In this document: positions 27,700-36,940 of the stretch, one piece after another | How the letters are laid out: every line of letters starts with the position of its first letter | Position numbering within the stretch: the first letter of the stretch is position 1 | Assembly (NCBI GenBank): GCA_963677925.2 | Contig: CAXXYH010000004.1 | Location: 1,408,001-1,472,000 of the forward strand | Source of the DNA: Spirochaetia bacterium | Lineage (GTDB): Bacteria; Spirochaetota; Spirochaetia; UBA9216 | DNA: 64,000 nucleotides | Direction: 5' to 3' | Position numbers and translations under genes: made by a program | Notes under the pieces: generated by a model | Seen by the model: the letters and a program-made list of their open reading frames with translations, nothing else | The model's database searches: none | What the model was told of the DNA's origin: nothing

Positions 27700-28662
27700 T
27701 TGAAAAAAGGAATTAAATTACAGAGTGTCAGCATTTATATAGCCCTTATAGTTGTTGTATTCTTGTTTTCAGTTTCCAGCGATACATTTCTGACTGTTCC
27801 GAATGTTATAAATATATTCAGGCAGGTTTCAACTCTAGGTATCATGGCAATAGGGGCTACCTTTGTTATGATTACCGGCGGCGTTGACCTTTCAGTTGGA
27901 GCACAGGTATCCATTATTGGAATTACAATCTCACATCTTATGGTCAATATGCAGGTTCATCCGGTTTTATCGGTCATTCTAGGAATACTCGTAGGTGTGC
28001 TTATCGGGCTTTGCAACGGGCTGATTGTTACCAAGATTAACATTCCGCCGATGATTGCTACACTTGGAATGATGCAGATTGTTAAGGGTATGAGTTATTT
28101 TATCTGTTCCGGTCTGCCTATTTACGGCTTCCCGGACGGTTTCAGTGTGATCGGGCAGAAATCCATCGGGATAATACCGATATCGGTAATGATCTTTGTA
28201 GCCTGTATTATAGTAGGATGGTTCATTCTGAATATGACATCTTTCGGACGTTATATCTATGCGGTCGGAAGTAATGAAGAAGCAACCAGACTTTCTGGAA
28301 TTGCTACAAAGAAAATTAAACTCAGCGTCTATGTAATAGGCTCCCTTTTTACAGCGGTAGCCGCGCTTATCACGCTCTCTAGAATTAACGCCGGCCAGGC
28401 AATCTCCGGAATCGGTACAGAATTTGATGTACTAACAGCAGTAATTCTGGGCGGTGTTGCCTTTACCGGTGGAGCGGGGCGAATTTCGGGTGTTATTGCA
28501 GGTATTCTTATTATCGGAGTACTCAGCAACGGACTTGTCATGGTGGGAATCGGTGAATATGTTCAGATAATGATTAAGGGGTTTGTACTGCTTTTCGCAC
28601 TCAGTACAACAACTCTTACTGATTATATTTCGGCTCAAAGAGCTAAGAAGCGAACTGCCTGA
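27700..28662 (+). CDS. Sugar ABC permease (RbsC-like)
   Basis: GGVDLSVG, FGRYIYAVGSNEEATRLSG, AVILGG. Confidence 0.95.
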   Translation: MKKGIKLQSVSIYIALIVVVFLFSVSSDTFLTVPNVINIFRQVSTLGIMAIGATFVMITGGVDLSVGAQVSIIGITISHLMVNMQVHPVLSVILGILVGVLIGLCNGLIVTKINIPPMIATLGMMQIVKGMSYFICSGLPIYGFPDGFSVIGQKSIGIIPISVMIFVACIIVGWFILNMTSFGRYIYAVGSNEEATRLSGIATKKIKLSVYVIGSLFTAVAALITLSRINAGQAISGIGTEFDVLTAVILGGVAFTGGAGRISGVIAGILIIGVLSNGLVMVGIGEYVQIMIKGFVLLFALSTTTLTDYISAQRAKKRTA

Positions 28663-28683
28663 TTCAATAGTCTGGTTGATATC

Positions 28684-28729
28684 ACGGAGACTGCATGGCA
28701 GGAATGCCCTGTGCAGTCTCCGTTTTTTT
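28684..28729 (+). terminator. Intrinsic terminator
   Basis: Stem ACGGAGACTGCA / TGCAGTCTCCGT followed by a T run. Confidence 0.85.
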
Positions 28730-28805
28730 GCTCTGAAACTGCTGCCATTTACAATCTTTTCTGTTTATATTACATTTTGAATACAATTAATCTCAGGTGG
28801 TTATT

Positions 28806-29594
28806 ATGCTTCGAACAGGTTTTATAGGTGCCGGAAATATGGCTTTTGCCCTCGCCGGTGCGATCTCTGAATCATTCGCTGATGCTGTGATTGTTCCTTT
28901 TGATATCAGTCAGGAACGTATCAGCCTTTTTAAAGAAAGTTTCTCATCCGTTGAACCGGCAGATTCTGTTGAATCACTTTCAGGCAGCTGTGATGCTGTT
29001 TTTCTTTCTGTAAAACCTCAGATGATGGCAGATGTTATCAAACCGCTTGAAAAAAGCAGGGGACTGTTTATCACCATAGCTGCAGGATTGAAACTTGATT
29101 TCTATGAGAAAGCCATGCCTGAGGCAAGGATTGTAAGGGTTATGCCTAATACACCCTGTCTTGTCGGTGAAATGGCTGCCGGTTATACCGCCGGAAAGCT
29201 TGTAACCGCTGAAGATCTCGAACTTGTAAGGAAGCTTCTTGCTGCAGCCGGAACAGCGGTTGAAGTTAAGGAAGAGCTTATAGATACCGTTACAGGAGTT
29301 TCCGGTTCCGGACCTGCATATTTTGCCCGAATTGCAGAGGCATTTATTGAGGCCGGCGTTGCAGGAGGACTAAGCCCTGAAATGGCTGCCGAGCTTGCAA
29401 TTCAGACAATGAAGGGAACAGCTGCACTTCTGCAGCAGAAGCAGATGTCGCCGGAAGAGCTGGTTAAGATGGTAAGTTCGCCGAACGGAACTACAGTGGC
29501 AGGACGGGAGATTCTTGAATCTTCCGATTATAAGGAAGTGATTGCAGCAACTGTTGCAAGAACAATCGAACGAAGCAGGGAGCTTGGAAAATGA
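28806..29594 (+). CDS. proC: Pyrroline-5-carboxylate reductase
   Basis: FIGAGNMA, VKPQ, VRVMPNTP, SGSGPAY, VSSPNGTT. Confidence 0.97.
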   Translation: MLRTGFIGAGNMAFALAGAISESFADAVIVPFDISQERISLFKESFSSVEPADSVESLSGSCDAVFLSVKPQMMADVIKPLEKSRGLFITIAAGLKLDFYEKAMPEARIVRVMPNTPCLVGEMAAGYTAGKLVTAEDLELVRKLLAAAGTAVEVKEELIDTVTGVSGSGPAYFARIAEAFIEAGVAGGLSPEMAAELAIQTMKGTAALLQQKQMSPEELVKMVSSPNGTTVAGREILESSDYKEVIAATVARTIERSRELGK

Positions 29595-30865
29595 ACCTGA
29601 TAGAACAGACAAAGGCACTCAAAGAATCATCATACAGACTTGCAGCTGCGGACTGTGAGCTTAGAAATATGGCGTTGAAGAACATTGCTGCCGCACTTAG
29701 AGCAAAAACAGCAGAAATAATAGAAGCAAATACGCTTGATCTTGAGGCGGCTGAGAAAAACAATCTCGGACAGGCACTTGTAAAGAGGCTTGCGCTATCG
29801 GACAAGAAGATTGACCAGATGGCTGCCGGTCTTGAATCACTTGAATCACTGCCCGATCCTCTCGGTAAACTCACGCTGGAGCGTGAACTTGATGAGGGCC
29901 TTCTTCTTAAAAGAGTCAGCGTTCCCATCGGGCTTATCGGAGTTATTTTTGAATCACGTCCTGACGCTCTGGTTCAGATTGCAGGGCTTTGCGTTAAGTC
30001 GGGTAACACTGTTATTCTTAAAGGCGGCAGTGAGGCTCTGAATTCCAACAGGATTCTTGCTTCAGTTATTGTTGAGGCTGTAGAGACTACTGACTCTGTT
30101 TTTAAGAATACGATTATGCTGGTGGAAAGCCGTGAAGATATAAACGCCCTTCTGGCTCTTGATCAGTATATAGATCTGATGATTCCAAGGGGTTCAAATC
30201 AGCTTGTCCGCTACATTATGGAGAACACCCGAATCCCTGTAATGGGCCATTCCGACGGAATCTGTCATATGTTTGTGGACAGCAGCTTTGAGATGGAAAA
30301 AAGCCTTAATCTCATCAGAGATGCCAAATGTCAGTATCCTGCAGTATGTAACGCAATAGAGACTCTTCTTGTTCATAAGAATTCAGCTTCTGAAATTATT
30401 CCGAAGCTTCCCGCAAAGATGCCGGAGGTTAAACTCCTCGGTGATGAGGAAACAAGGAAACTGATTGATATTGAAGCTGCTTCCGATGATGACTGGGACA
30501 CAGAATATAACGATTATATTCTTTCGGTTAAGGTTGTCGACAGTCTGGAAGATGCTGTAGTCTTCATCAATACTCACGGCAGTCATCATACTGACTGTAT
30601 ACTTACGACGGATGAGTCCCATGCAGCATATTTTATGGCTAACGTTGATTCAAGTTCGGTAATGAAAAACTGTTCCACAAGGTTTGCTGATGGTTTCCGG
30701 TACGGTTTCGGTGCCGAGGTTGGAATTTCTACCGGGAAAATACACTCCCGGGGCCCTGTAGGACTTGAAGGTCTAACTATATACAAGTACTTTGTCACCG
30801 GTGACGGGCACTGTGTTAAACCCTACGCTGTTGGTGAAAAGGAATTCACCCATAAGGATTTATAA
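29591..30865 (+). CDS. proA: Glutamate-5-semialdehyde dehydrogenase
   Basis: IFESRP, LKGGSEA, CNAIETLLVH, STRFADG..FGAEVGISTGKIHSRGPVGLEGL. Confidence 0.97.
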   Translation: MNLIEQTKALKESSYRLAAADCELRNMALKNIAAALRAKTAEIIEANTLDLEAAEKNNLGQALVKRLALSDKKIDQMAAGLESLESLPDPLGKLTLERELDEGLLLKRVSVPIGLIGVIFESRPDALVQIAGLCVKSGNTVILKGGSEALNSNRILASVIVEAVETTDSVFKNTIMLVESREDINALLALDQYIDLMIPRGSNQLVRYIMENTRIPVMGHSDGICHMFVDSSFEMEKSLNLIRDAKCQYPAVCNAIETLLVHKNSASEIIPKLPAKMPEVKLLGDEETRKLIDIEAASDDDWDTEYNDYILSVKVVDSLEDAVVFINTHGSHHTDCILTTDESHAAYFMANVDSSSVMKNCSTRFADGFRYGFGAEVGISTGKIHSRGPVGLEGLTIYKYFVTGDGHCVKPYAVGEKEFTHKDL

Positions 30866-31647
30866 TGAAGCTTCTTGTTAAGATTGGAAGTGCCCTGATA
30901 AGCAGGGATAACAGAATAGATTACAACTGGCTAAAGAAGAAGGTTGATGAACTGGCTTTTCTGTACAGGGAAGGTGTTCGTCCCATCATAGTCAGCTCCG
31001 GTGCTGTTGCGGCCGGAATGGAAGTTAAAAGTATTCGAAAACGCCCCTCCGATACTCTCAGTCTTCAAATGCTGTCGGGAATAGGTCAGGTACGCTTAAG
31101 CAAGTATTACAAGGATCTTTTCAAAGAGAAATATATTTTCACTGCGCAGATGCTGCTTACTCACCATAATTTTGACAATCCCGGTGAGGTTGAGACCATT
31201 AAAGAGATCATCAACCATTATCTGGACGACGATGTGATTCCTATTATCAATGAAAATGATATGACCAATAAGGAAGAGTTTGATTCCGAGGGCAACTTTA
31301 CAGATAATGATATTCTTGCCGCCTTTGTTTCAATTGCCGCCGGTGTTGATAAAGCCCTCATTCTGACAAACGTAGACGGGCTCTATAACGGCAATCCGAA
31401 TTCCGTCGATGCCGGGGGTAAAAAGCCCGAACTTATAACTGCCGTTGATAAAATTGACGACTCAATTCTTAAAATGGCGGCTGTCGGCAAGAGTGAACTG
31501 GGACTCGGCGGAATGCTATCCAAGGTCCATGCTGCCGATATGATCACATCAAAAGGAATCCCTGCTGTCATTGCAAACGGTAACTACTCAATTTCTGATA
31601 TCCTGGAAAACAGGGTTCCCTGTTCAGTCTTTAAACCTGTGAAATGA
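30865..31647 (+). CDS. proB: Glutamate 5-kinase (no PUA domain)
   Basis: VKIGS, VSSGAVAAG, PIINEND, DNDILAA, GGMLSKV. 260 aa. Confidence 0.95.
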   Translation: MKLLVKIGSALISRDNRIDYNWLKKKVDELAFLYREGVRPIIVSSGAVAAGMEVKSIRKRPSDTLSLQMLSGIGQVRLSKYYKDLFKEKYIFTAQMLLTHHNFDNPGEVETIKEIINHYLDDDVIPIINENDMTNKEEFDSEGNFTDNDILAAFVSIAAGVDKALILTNVDGLYNGNPNSVDAGGKKPELITAVDKIDDSILKMAAVGKSELGLGGMLSKVHAADMITSKGIPAVIANGNYSISDILENRVPCSVFKPVK

Positions 31648-31730
31648 ATCTTCACTGGTTTAACTTGTAAAATAACCTCCGGACGTTTATAGTTTATAAG
31701 TGAGCTAATAAATGTCTGTGAGGTTTTTTT

Positions 31731-32405
31731 ATGAGAAAAATAATCTGTATTTCAATAATTCTTCTCCTGCCGGTTCTGGCTTTTGCATCAGGAACTGCAG
31801 AGGCTGAGACAGAAACCCAAACTCCGCAGGCCCCGGTAAAGGGGCAGCTGGTTTACATGGAAGGTGATGTTGAGGTGAACAGTCGTCCTGCAGAAATAGG
31901 AATGTCAATTCCCTATGGTGCCCGGATTGCTACAGGTGAGTTTTCATACTGTGAAGTTGTTTTTGAAACAGGCAATGTCTTCAAGGTCATGGAATCGACC
32001 ATCGCAGAAATAAAAATAGATACATCAAATCCTGAAATCTTTATAAAACAGGGTGCATTCGGTGCAGTTTTTAATAAACTCGCAAGGCTTACCAAAGATG
32101 AATACTTCCAGGTCCGGACTGAGAGTGTTGCGGCAGGTGTGCGCGGGACCTCATTCTTTGTTAAGGTTATTGATGCTGATAGCACCTATGTCTGTGCCTG
32201 CAATGGAAGCCTCAATCTGACTGATCCTGCAGGCAGTGAGTCTGTTCCTCTTGAATCAGCACATCATAAGGCTGTTTATTTTAAAAATGACGGGGGAAAG
32301 ACTGTCGTAGAATCAGCTCCGCTTCTGTATCATAATGATGATGACATGGAGGCTCTTGCATCGGTAATAGAAGCAAAGATAGACTGGGGAGACTCCTCCT
32401 ACTGA
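31731..32405 (+). CDS. Secreted FecR-domain protein
   Basis: Signal peptide (..AFASG) and VRTESVAAGVRGTSF motif. Confidence 0.8.
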   Translation: MRKIICISIILLLPVLAFASGTAEAETETQTPQAPVKGQLVYMEGDVEVNSRPAEIGMSIPYGARIATGEFSYCEVVFETGNVFKVMESTIAEIKIDTSNPEIFIKQGAFGAVFNKLARLTKDEYFQVRTESVAAGVRGTSFFVKVIDADSTYVCACNGSLNLTDPAGSESVPLESAHHKAVYFKNDGGKTVVESAPLLYHNDDDMEALASVIEAKIDWGDSSY

Positions 32406-32437
32406 TTTATTTCATCAATTTCTGATATTATCAGTCC

Positions 32438-33118
32438 ATGAGCTATAAAGGTATTATTCTCGATTTTAACGGAACGCTTGTCTGGGATACTCCTCTTCAT
32501 CAGGAGGGCTGGATAAAATTCTGTGCTGATTTCGGTATGAGGCTGACTGAAAAAGATTACCTTAATACTGTTCACGGTAGAACAACCGAGGATATTCTGA
32601 GTCGTCTTTTTGACCGCCCTATAATGGGTGATGAACTGTATGAACTTTCCGAGAAGAAAGAAGCTGCATACAGGGCGGCTTGTATTGAGCACCCCGAGAT
32701 CTACAGATTAGCACCGGGAGTGGAGAATTTTCTCAACTTTTTACATGAATTCGAAATCCCGGCAACAATTGCTACAGGTTCGGATCCTATTAATCTTAAT
32801 TTCTTTATTGAATCGCTCAGACTGGATAAATGGTTTAATACGGATCTTTTTTTATGCAATGACGGCAGTGTCAAAAATAAACCTGAACCTGATATTTACG
32901 TACTTGCAGCTGAGAAACTGGGGCTTAGACCTGAACAGACTGTTATAGTAGAGGATACCTACTACGGTGCTTTATCAGCCTCAAAGGCGGGAGCCGGGTA
33001 TCTCATAATATCGGGCCCGGCGGAGCATCATCATGAGAATTTCAATTCTGTACCCGGAATAAGCCAGTATATCTCAGATTTCAGTCAGATAGACAGGAAC
33101 CTTTTTTACAAACGCTAA
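32438..33118 (+). CDS. HAD-family phosphatase (beta-PGM-like)
   Basis: LDFNGTL (DxN variant of motif I), KPEPDIY, VEDT. Confidence 0.88.
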   Translation: MSYKGIILDFNGTLVWDTPLHQEGWIKFCADFGMRLTEKDYLNTVHGRTTEDILSRLFDRPIMGDELYELSEKKEAAYRAACIEHPEIYRLAPGVENFLNFLHEFEIPATIATGSDPINLNFFIESLRLDKWFNTDLFLCNDGSVKNKPEPDIYVLAAEKLGLRPEQTVIVEDTYYGALSASKAGAGYLIISGPAEHHHENFNSVPGISQYISDFSQIDRNLFYKR

Positions 33119-34458
33119 AGGTATTCCGGATTATTCCTTATCCTCTCAACGCAGGTATTAAGTATTCCAAGCTCCCAGGCCAAATCCAGTATTGTATAGC
33201 GGTTGCGCAGGCATTGTGCGTTGTAGTATGTGTCCACAGCCTTGTTCCGGTCGAGGTTTATATCTGCAGGTTTGACCGGGCAGCCGGCAGCATTCAGCAT
33301 TTTCTTCATCGTCGGGTAATCCGGCAGCTTTGCTCTGACTTTGCTCCGCAGGCTGTCCCAGTTATCCCTAATCTTCTGCAGCCTGGTTTCAATCTCAGAT
33401 TCCGGGGTGTATTTCGCCCTGTTCAAAGCGATGTATTCCTCCCATGACGGAAGGTGGTTCATAAGCTCTGTTACTTCCCTGTCCCGCATTTCCGGGGTAG
33501 GGTAGGCAGCTCTTATCCCGGCAACATCAATATCGGAACTATCCATTTTAAAAACTTCATCATAGAGGGCGGCAACACACATGATTCCAACTGATACCTG
33601 AAAACCGTGCGAAACCGGATTACCGTCTGCTCCGGTATGGCCGTTCATTTCCCATACATGGCTGTACATATGCTCGGCTCCTGATGCGGCCCTCGAGCGT
33701 CCCAGTACCTGCATTGCCAGTCCGCTGAAGTTCAGTCCCTCAAATACTCTTGAAAGCGCTTCGCTGTCTCCGGCTCCCGCCTTTTCAGGTTCCGAGAGCC
33801 AGCGGTCAAGGTTCGGCTGTACGATATCCCACACGAACTGATCAACAGGATCGTTACCGGTAAAATCCGCCAGAATCCAGTCTGCCCCAGCGGTAATCTT
33901 GCTGGCAAGATCTCCGAAGCCCGCAGCGGAGGCTTTAAGCGGGGCGGTCGACAGAATTTCCGGATCGGCGAGAATTACAGCCGGTGCCGGACATTCGAGT
34001 GTCTGTTTCCGTCCGTTTTTTACAAGGGCTGCTCCTGAGGAACAGTAGCCGTCCATTGAAGCAGCTGTTCCAATACAGAAGTATGCCCTGCCAAGTTCAA
34101 AAGATGCTCTTTTTACCAGGTCGTTGACTGTTCCCGAACCGACGGCCACCAGTATGCAGTCTGATGACCCCGATGCTGCCGAAGCTGCTGCAATTATTTC
34201 CTGAACATGGGAATAATCAGCATGGAGCATGGGAGGAACAGAATATATCACAGGTTCAGCCAGCGGTATCCCTGCATCCTCCATCCTGCTGAAAACGGAT
34301 TTTCCTGCAACGTTCCATGTATTGCTGTCTGCAACGAGCATAGCCATAGAGCCGGGCCAGTGCTTTTTAAACAGCTCAGCTGACCTGCTGATACTCCCGT
34401 TTTCAATTAAAAGTTCTTTGGTTTCTTTTACCGTCTTCAATATGCTTTCAAGGTTCAT
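33115..34458 (-). CDS. sn-glycerol-1-phosphate dehydrogenase family (AraM/EgsA-like)
   Basis: VGSGTVNDLVK, TAASMDGY, AGFGDL, SGAEHMYSH, HGFQV, RNRYTIL. Confidence 0.88.
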   Translation of the reverse strand: MNLESILKTVKETKELLIENGSISRSAELFKKHWPGSMAMLVADSNTWNVAGKSVFSRMEDAGIPLAEPVIYSVPPMLHADYSHVQEIIAAASAASGSSDCILVAVGSGTVNDLVKRASFELGRAYFCIGTAASMDGYCSSGAALVKNGRKQTLECPAPAVILADPEILSTAPLKASAAGFGDLASKITAGADWILADFTGNDPVDQFVWDIVQPNLDRWLSEPEKAGAGDSEALSRVFEGLNFSGLAMQVLGRSRAASGAEHMYSHVWEMNGHTGADGNPVSHGFQVSVGIMCVAALYDEVFKMDSSDIDVAGIRAAYPTPEMRDREVTELMNHLPSWEEYIALNRAKYTPESEIETRLQKIRDNWDSLRSKVRAKLPDYPTMKKMLNAAGCPVKPADINLDRNKAVDTYYNAQCLRNRYTILDLAWELGILNTCVERIRNNPEYL

Positions 34459-34526
34459 TGTGATATAATAACATTGTAGATTTAGTTTTAAAAATACATT
34501 TCGTATAATTTTCAGGAGAATAAAAC

Positions 34527-36176
34527 ATGTTCAAAGGATCCCTGGGAGATGCGCTGCAAATAACAGTTTCTGTAAGCTGTTTAACAGTACTTCTTCTTTC
34601 ATCAGTTGTATATACACTTTTCTACGCCAGAACAAGAGAGAAGAGCTTCTTTTCCGGAACGCTGATGACCCTTGATGTTGCTGTTTTTGTTCTTTTTGAA
34701 ATCCTTATTATGGTGCAGGGATGGTATGGCAATACTGTTTTGGGCCGGTACTTTCACCGTTACGAACAGATCACTATTTTTATACTTTATTTCCTGCTTC
34801 CCTATTTTTTATATACATCATTTCCGGCCAGAGGCCTGATGAACGGTTTTCTGAAAATATTTATGTGGTTCGGTATAGCCTCTGGAATCTTTTTTACAGC
34901 TGTGACTCTTGTTAAACCCGAGTTGATGATTTCAGTCACAGATGCATCAACTACTCCTCCGCTGACCCCGGGTGATTTTACACGAGGCCTCGAGGGCCCG
35001 ATGTATATGTTCCGGGACATCTTTCTGGCGGTATTCATTGTTGTCTCTCTTGTCTATTCAATTTCCTATACTGTAAAGGATAGGGGCCAGCTTAAAAGCC
35101 TTATGCTCATGCTTGGGATTGTCTGTTCTATGCTCGGCGGGATCGATGATCTCCAGTATTTTTATACTGAAAGGAACTTTTTCTTCAACGGACTGAGGTT
35201 TTCCAGGTTCACTTTCGGCTCGACTCTGATGATGCTGTTCTTTCTTTCTGCAGTTTTTATCGATTATTTTTCAACTCACAATAAACTTTTAAAAAGTAAT
35301 CAAAGTCTTAGACTTACTGAGAGCCGATACAAGCTGCTGCTTGAAGTAGCTGAAGAAATTGTCTTTTCACTTTCACCTGAACTTGAGATTATTTCATCTA
35401 ACCAGAAGGGCGAAAAACTCTTTGAACTTGGAGATGAACCGGTGAACTTTCTGAACTGCATATATAAATCGGATGTGGAGTCGGAGATTAATAACCAGTT
35501 TATTCATGAACAGCTGATGAATCTCAGGGAGCCGGGCAGCCGGACTTCATTTAATACCTATCTGAGGGATCCTGTAACTTTTGAGCCGGTTGAATATCAT
35601 TTCAGATTTGACTGTTTTCAGGCTGAGAGTCTCGAACTCATCGGCAGAGCCTGGCCGGCCTCCGGGTCCAGTCTTTCAGGATTTGTTGATAACGAACGGC
35701 TTTCGCTGACAGTTGATAATTATGTTGTCCTTGTCGGGGATGTTGTTGACCGGCTTACATCCAATCTCAAAAAATACCTTGAAAAGTCTGATATCATGAT
35801 GGTTAAAATGGGGCTTCAGGAGATGATTGTTAATGCAATGGAGCATGGAAATCTTGATGTTTCATTTGATGAGAAAACAAGAGCTCAGGAGGACGGCCGG
35901 CTTTTTGATTTTATGAAGGAAAAGAGGCAGAATCCCGAGTGCCGTGATCGAAAGGTGATTATTGACTACTCTCTTGATGATAAGAAGGTTATCTACCGTA
36001 TAACGGATATGGGGAAGGGTTTTGACTATGCCAAAATCATGGAAAGAGTTAAGAATGAGGTTAACCAGCAGGGACTTCTGCATGGACGGGGAATTCTCAT
36101 GACCAGTGCTGTTTTTGACCGGATGGAATATAATAAAAAGGGAAACCAGGTTCTGCTGGTGAAACAGTTAATTTAG
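34527..36176 (+). CDS. Multi-TM sensor with PAS-like region and C-terminal RsbW/SpoIIAB-type HATPase domain
   Basis: About 7 TM segments, coiled coil SLRLTESRYKLLLE, EMIVNAMEHGN, ITDMGKGFD, HGRGI and YNKKGNQV. Confidence 0.8.
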   Translation: MFKGSLGDALQITVSVSCLTVLLLSSVVYTLFYARTREKSFFSGTLMTLDVAVFVLFEILIMVQGWYGNTVLGRYFHRYEQITIFILYFLLPYFLYTSFPARGLMNGFLKIFMWFGIASGIFFTAVTLVKPELMISVTDASTTPPLTPGDFTRGLEGPMYMFRDIFLAVFIVVSLVYSISYTVKDRGQLKSLMLMLGIVCSMLGGIDDLQYFYTERNFFFNGLRFSRFTFGSTLMMLFFLSAVFIDYFSTHNKLLKSNQSLRLTESRYKLLLEVAEEIVFSLSPELEIISSNQKGEKLFELGDEPVNFLNCIYKSDVESEINNQFIHEQLMNLREPGSRTSFNTYLRDPVTFEPVEYHFRFDCFQAESLELIGRAWPASGSSLSGFVDNERLSLTVDNYVVLVGDVVDRLTSNLKKYLEKSDIMMVKMGLQEMIVNAMEHGNLDVSFDEKTRAQEDGRLFDFMKEKRQNPECRDRKVIIDYSLDDKKVIYRITDMGKGFDYAKIMERVKNEVNQQGLLHGRGILMTSAVFDRMEYNKKGNQVLLVKQLI

Positions 36177-36186
36177 GAGATTATTT

Positions 36187-36756
36187 ATGAAAGTCACTGC
36201 ATTTAACGGAAGCCCGAGAAAGAATGGAAATACCGCTGCAATGCTTAATCAGGTGCTAGGGGTCCTGGCAGGAAAGGGGTTTGAAACTGAGCTCTACCAG
36301 CTGGGAGGCAGGCTTATCCGAGGATGTAACGCATGTGACTGGTGTAAGACTCATCCTGAAAAACGCTGTGTTTTTGATGATGACTGCATTAATGAATGCA
36401 TAAGTAAAATGGACGAATCTGATGTCATTCTTATCGGTTCCCCGACATATTTTTCTTCCATGACTGCAGAAACAAAGGCTCTTATAGATCGTGCCGGCCG
36501 AATCTGCCGTGCCCAGGGACTGCTTAGAAGGAAAATCGGAGCCTCTGTCAGTCCTGCAAGAAGAGCGGGCACCATGAATGTCTTTCATTCAGTTAACAAC
36601 TTCTTTTTAATTCAGGAAATGATTGTTCCCGGCTCAACTTACTGGAATGTCAGCCTTTCAACAGCGGAAGGTGATTTTGCTGAAGATACTGAAGCTGTAA
36701 ATGTTATGAATGCCCTGGCCGAAAACATTTTTTGGCTGGCTGAAAAAATACGCTGA
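36187..36756 (+). CDS. Iron-sulfur flavoprotein (flavodoxin-like, FMN reductase family)
   Basis: GSPRKNGNT, CNACDWC......C, GSPTYF, KALIDR. Confidence 0.9.
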   Translation: MKVTAFNGSPRKNGNTAAMLNQVLGVLAGKGFETELYQLGGRLIRGCNACDWCKTHPEKRCVFDDDCINECISKMDESDVILIGSPTYFSSMTAETKALIDRAGRICRAQGLLRRKIGASVSPARRAGTMNVFHSVNNFFLIQEMIVPGSTYWNVSLSTAEGDFAEDTEAVNVMNALAENIFWLAEKIR

Positions 36757-36864
36757 GCGGTATAAATCAGTTGTTTTTATAGCTTAAGAATTAAATTATT
36801 CCAAAAATACAACTCATATACACTCTGTTCTTGTATAAAAATGTACATAGATGTGAAATTTTTG

Positions 36865-36909
36865 TTGACATATACTTAAAGTCCTCACATAATAATTGAA
36901 ACGTTTCAA
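36865..36909 (+). promoter_or_regulatory. Promoter with LacI-type operator
   Basis: TTGACA (36865-70)-17 bp-CATAAT (36888-93). Perfect palindrome TTGAAACGTTTCAA (36896-36909) with central CG lies over the expected +1. Confidence 0.8.
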
Positions 36910-36940
36910 AATACGATTCATTAAATTCGATGGTGTAGGA

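Noticed and set aside
28806-31647. proC-proA-proB order and PUA-less ProB
   Set aside because: Both are ordinary variations of a housekeeping pathway.
33115-34458. G1P dehydrogenase as evidence of archaeal-type lipid synthesis
   Set aside because: AraM-like homologues are common in bacteria, and no GGGP synthase or prenyltransferase is present in the window.
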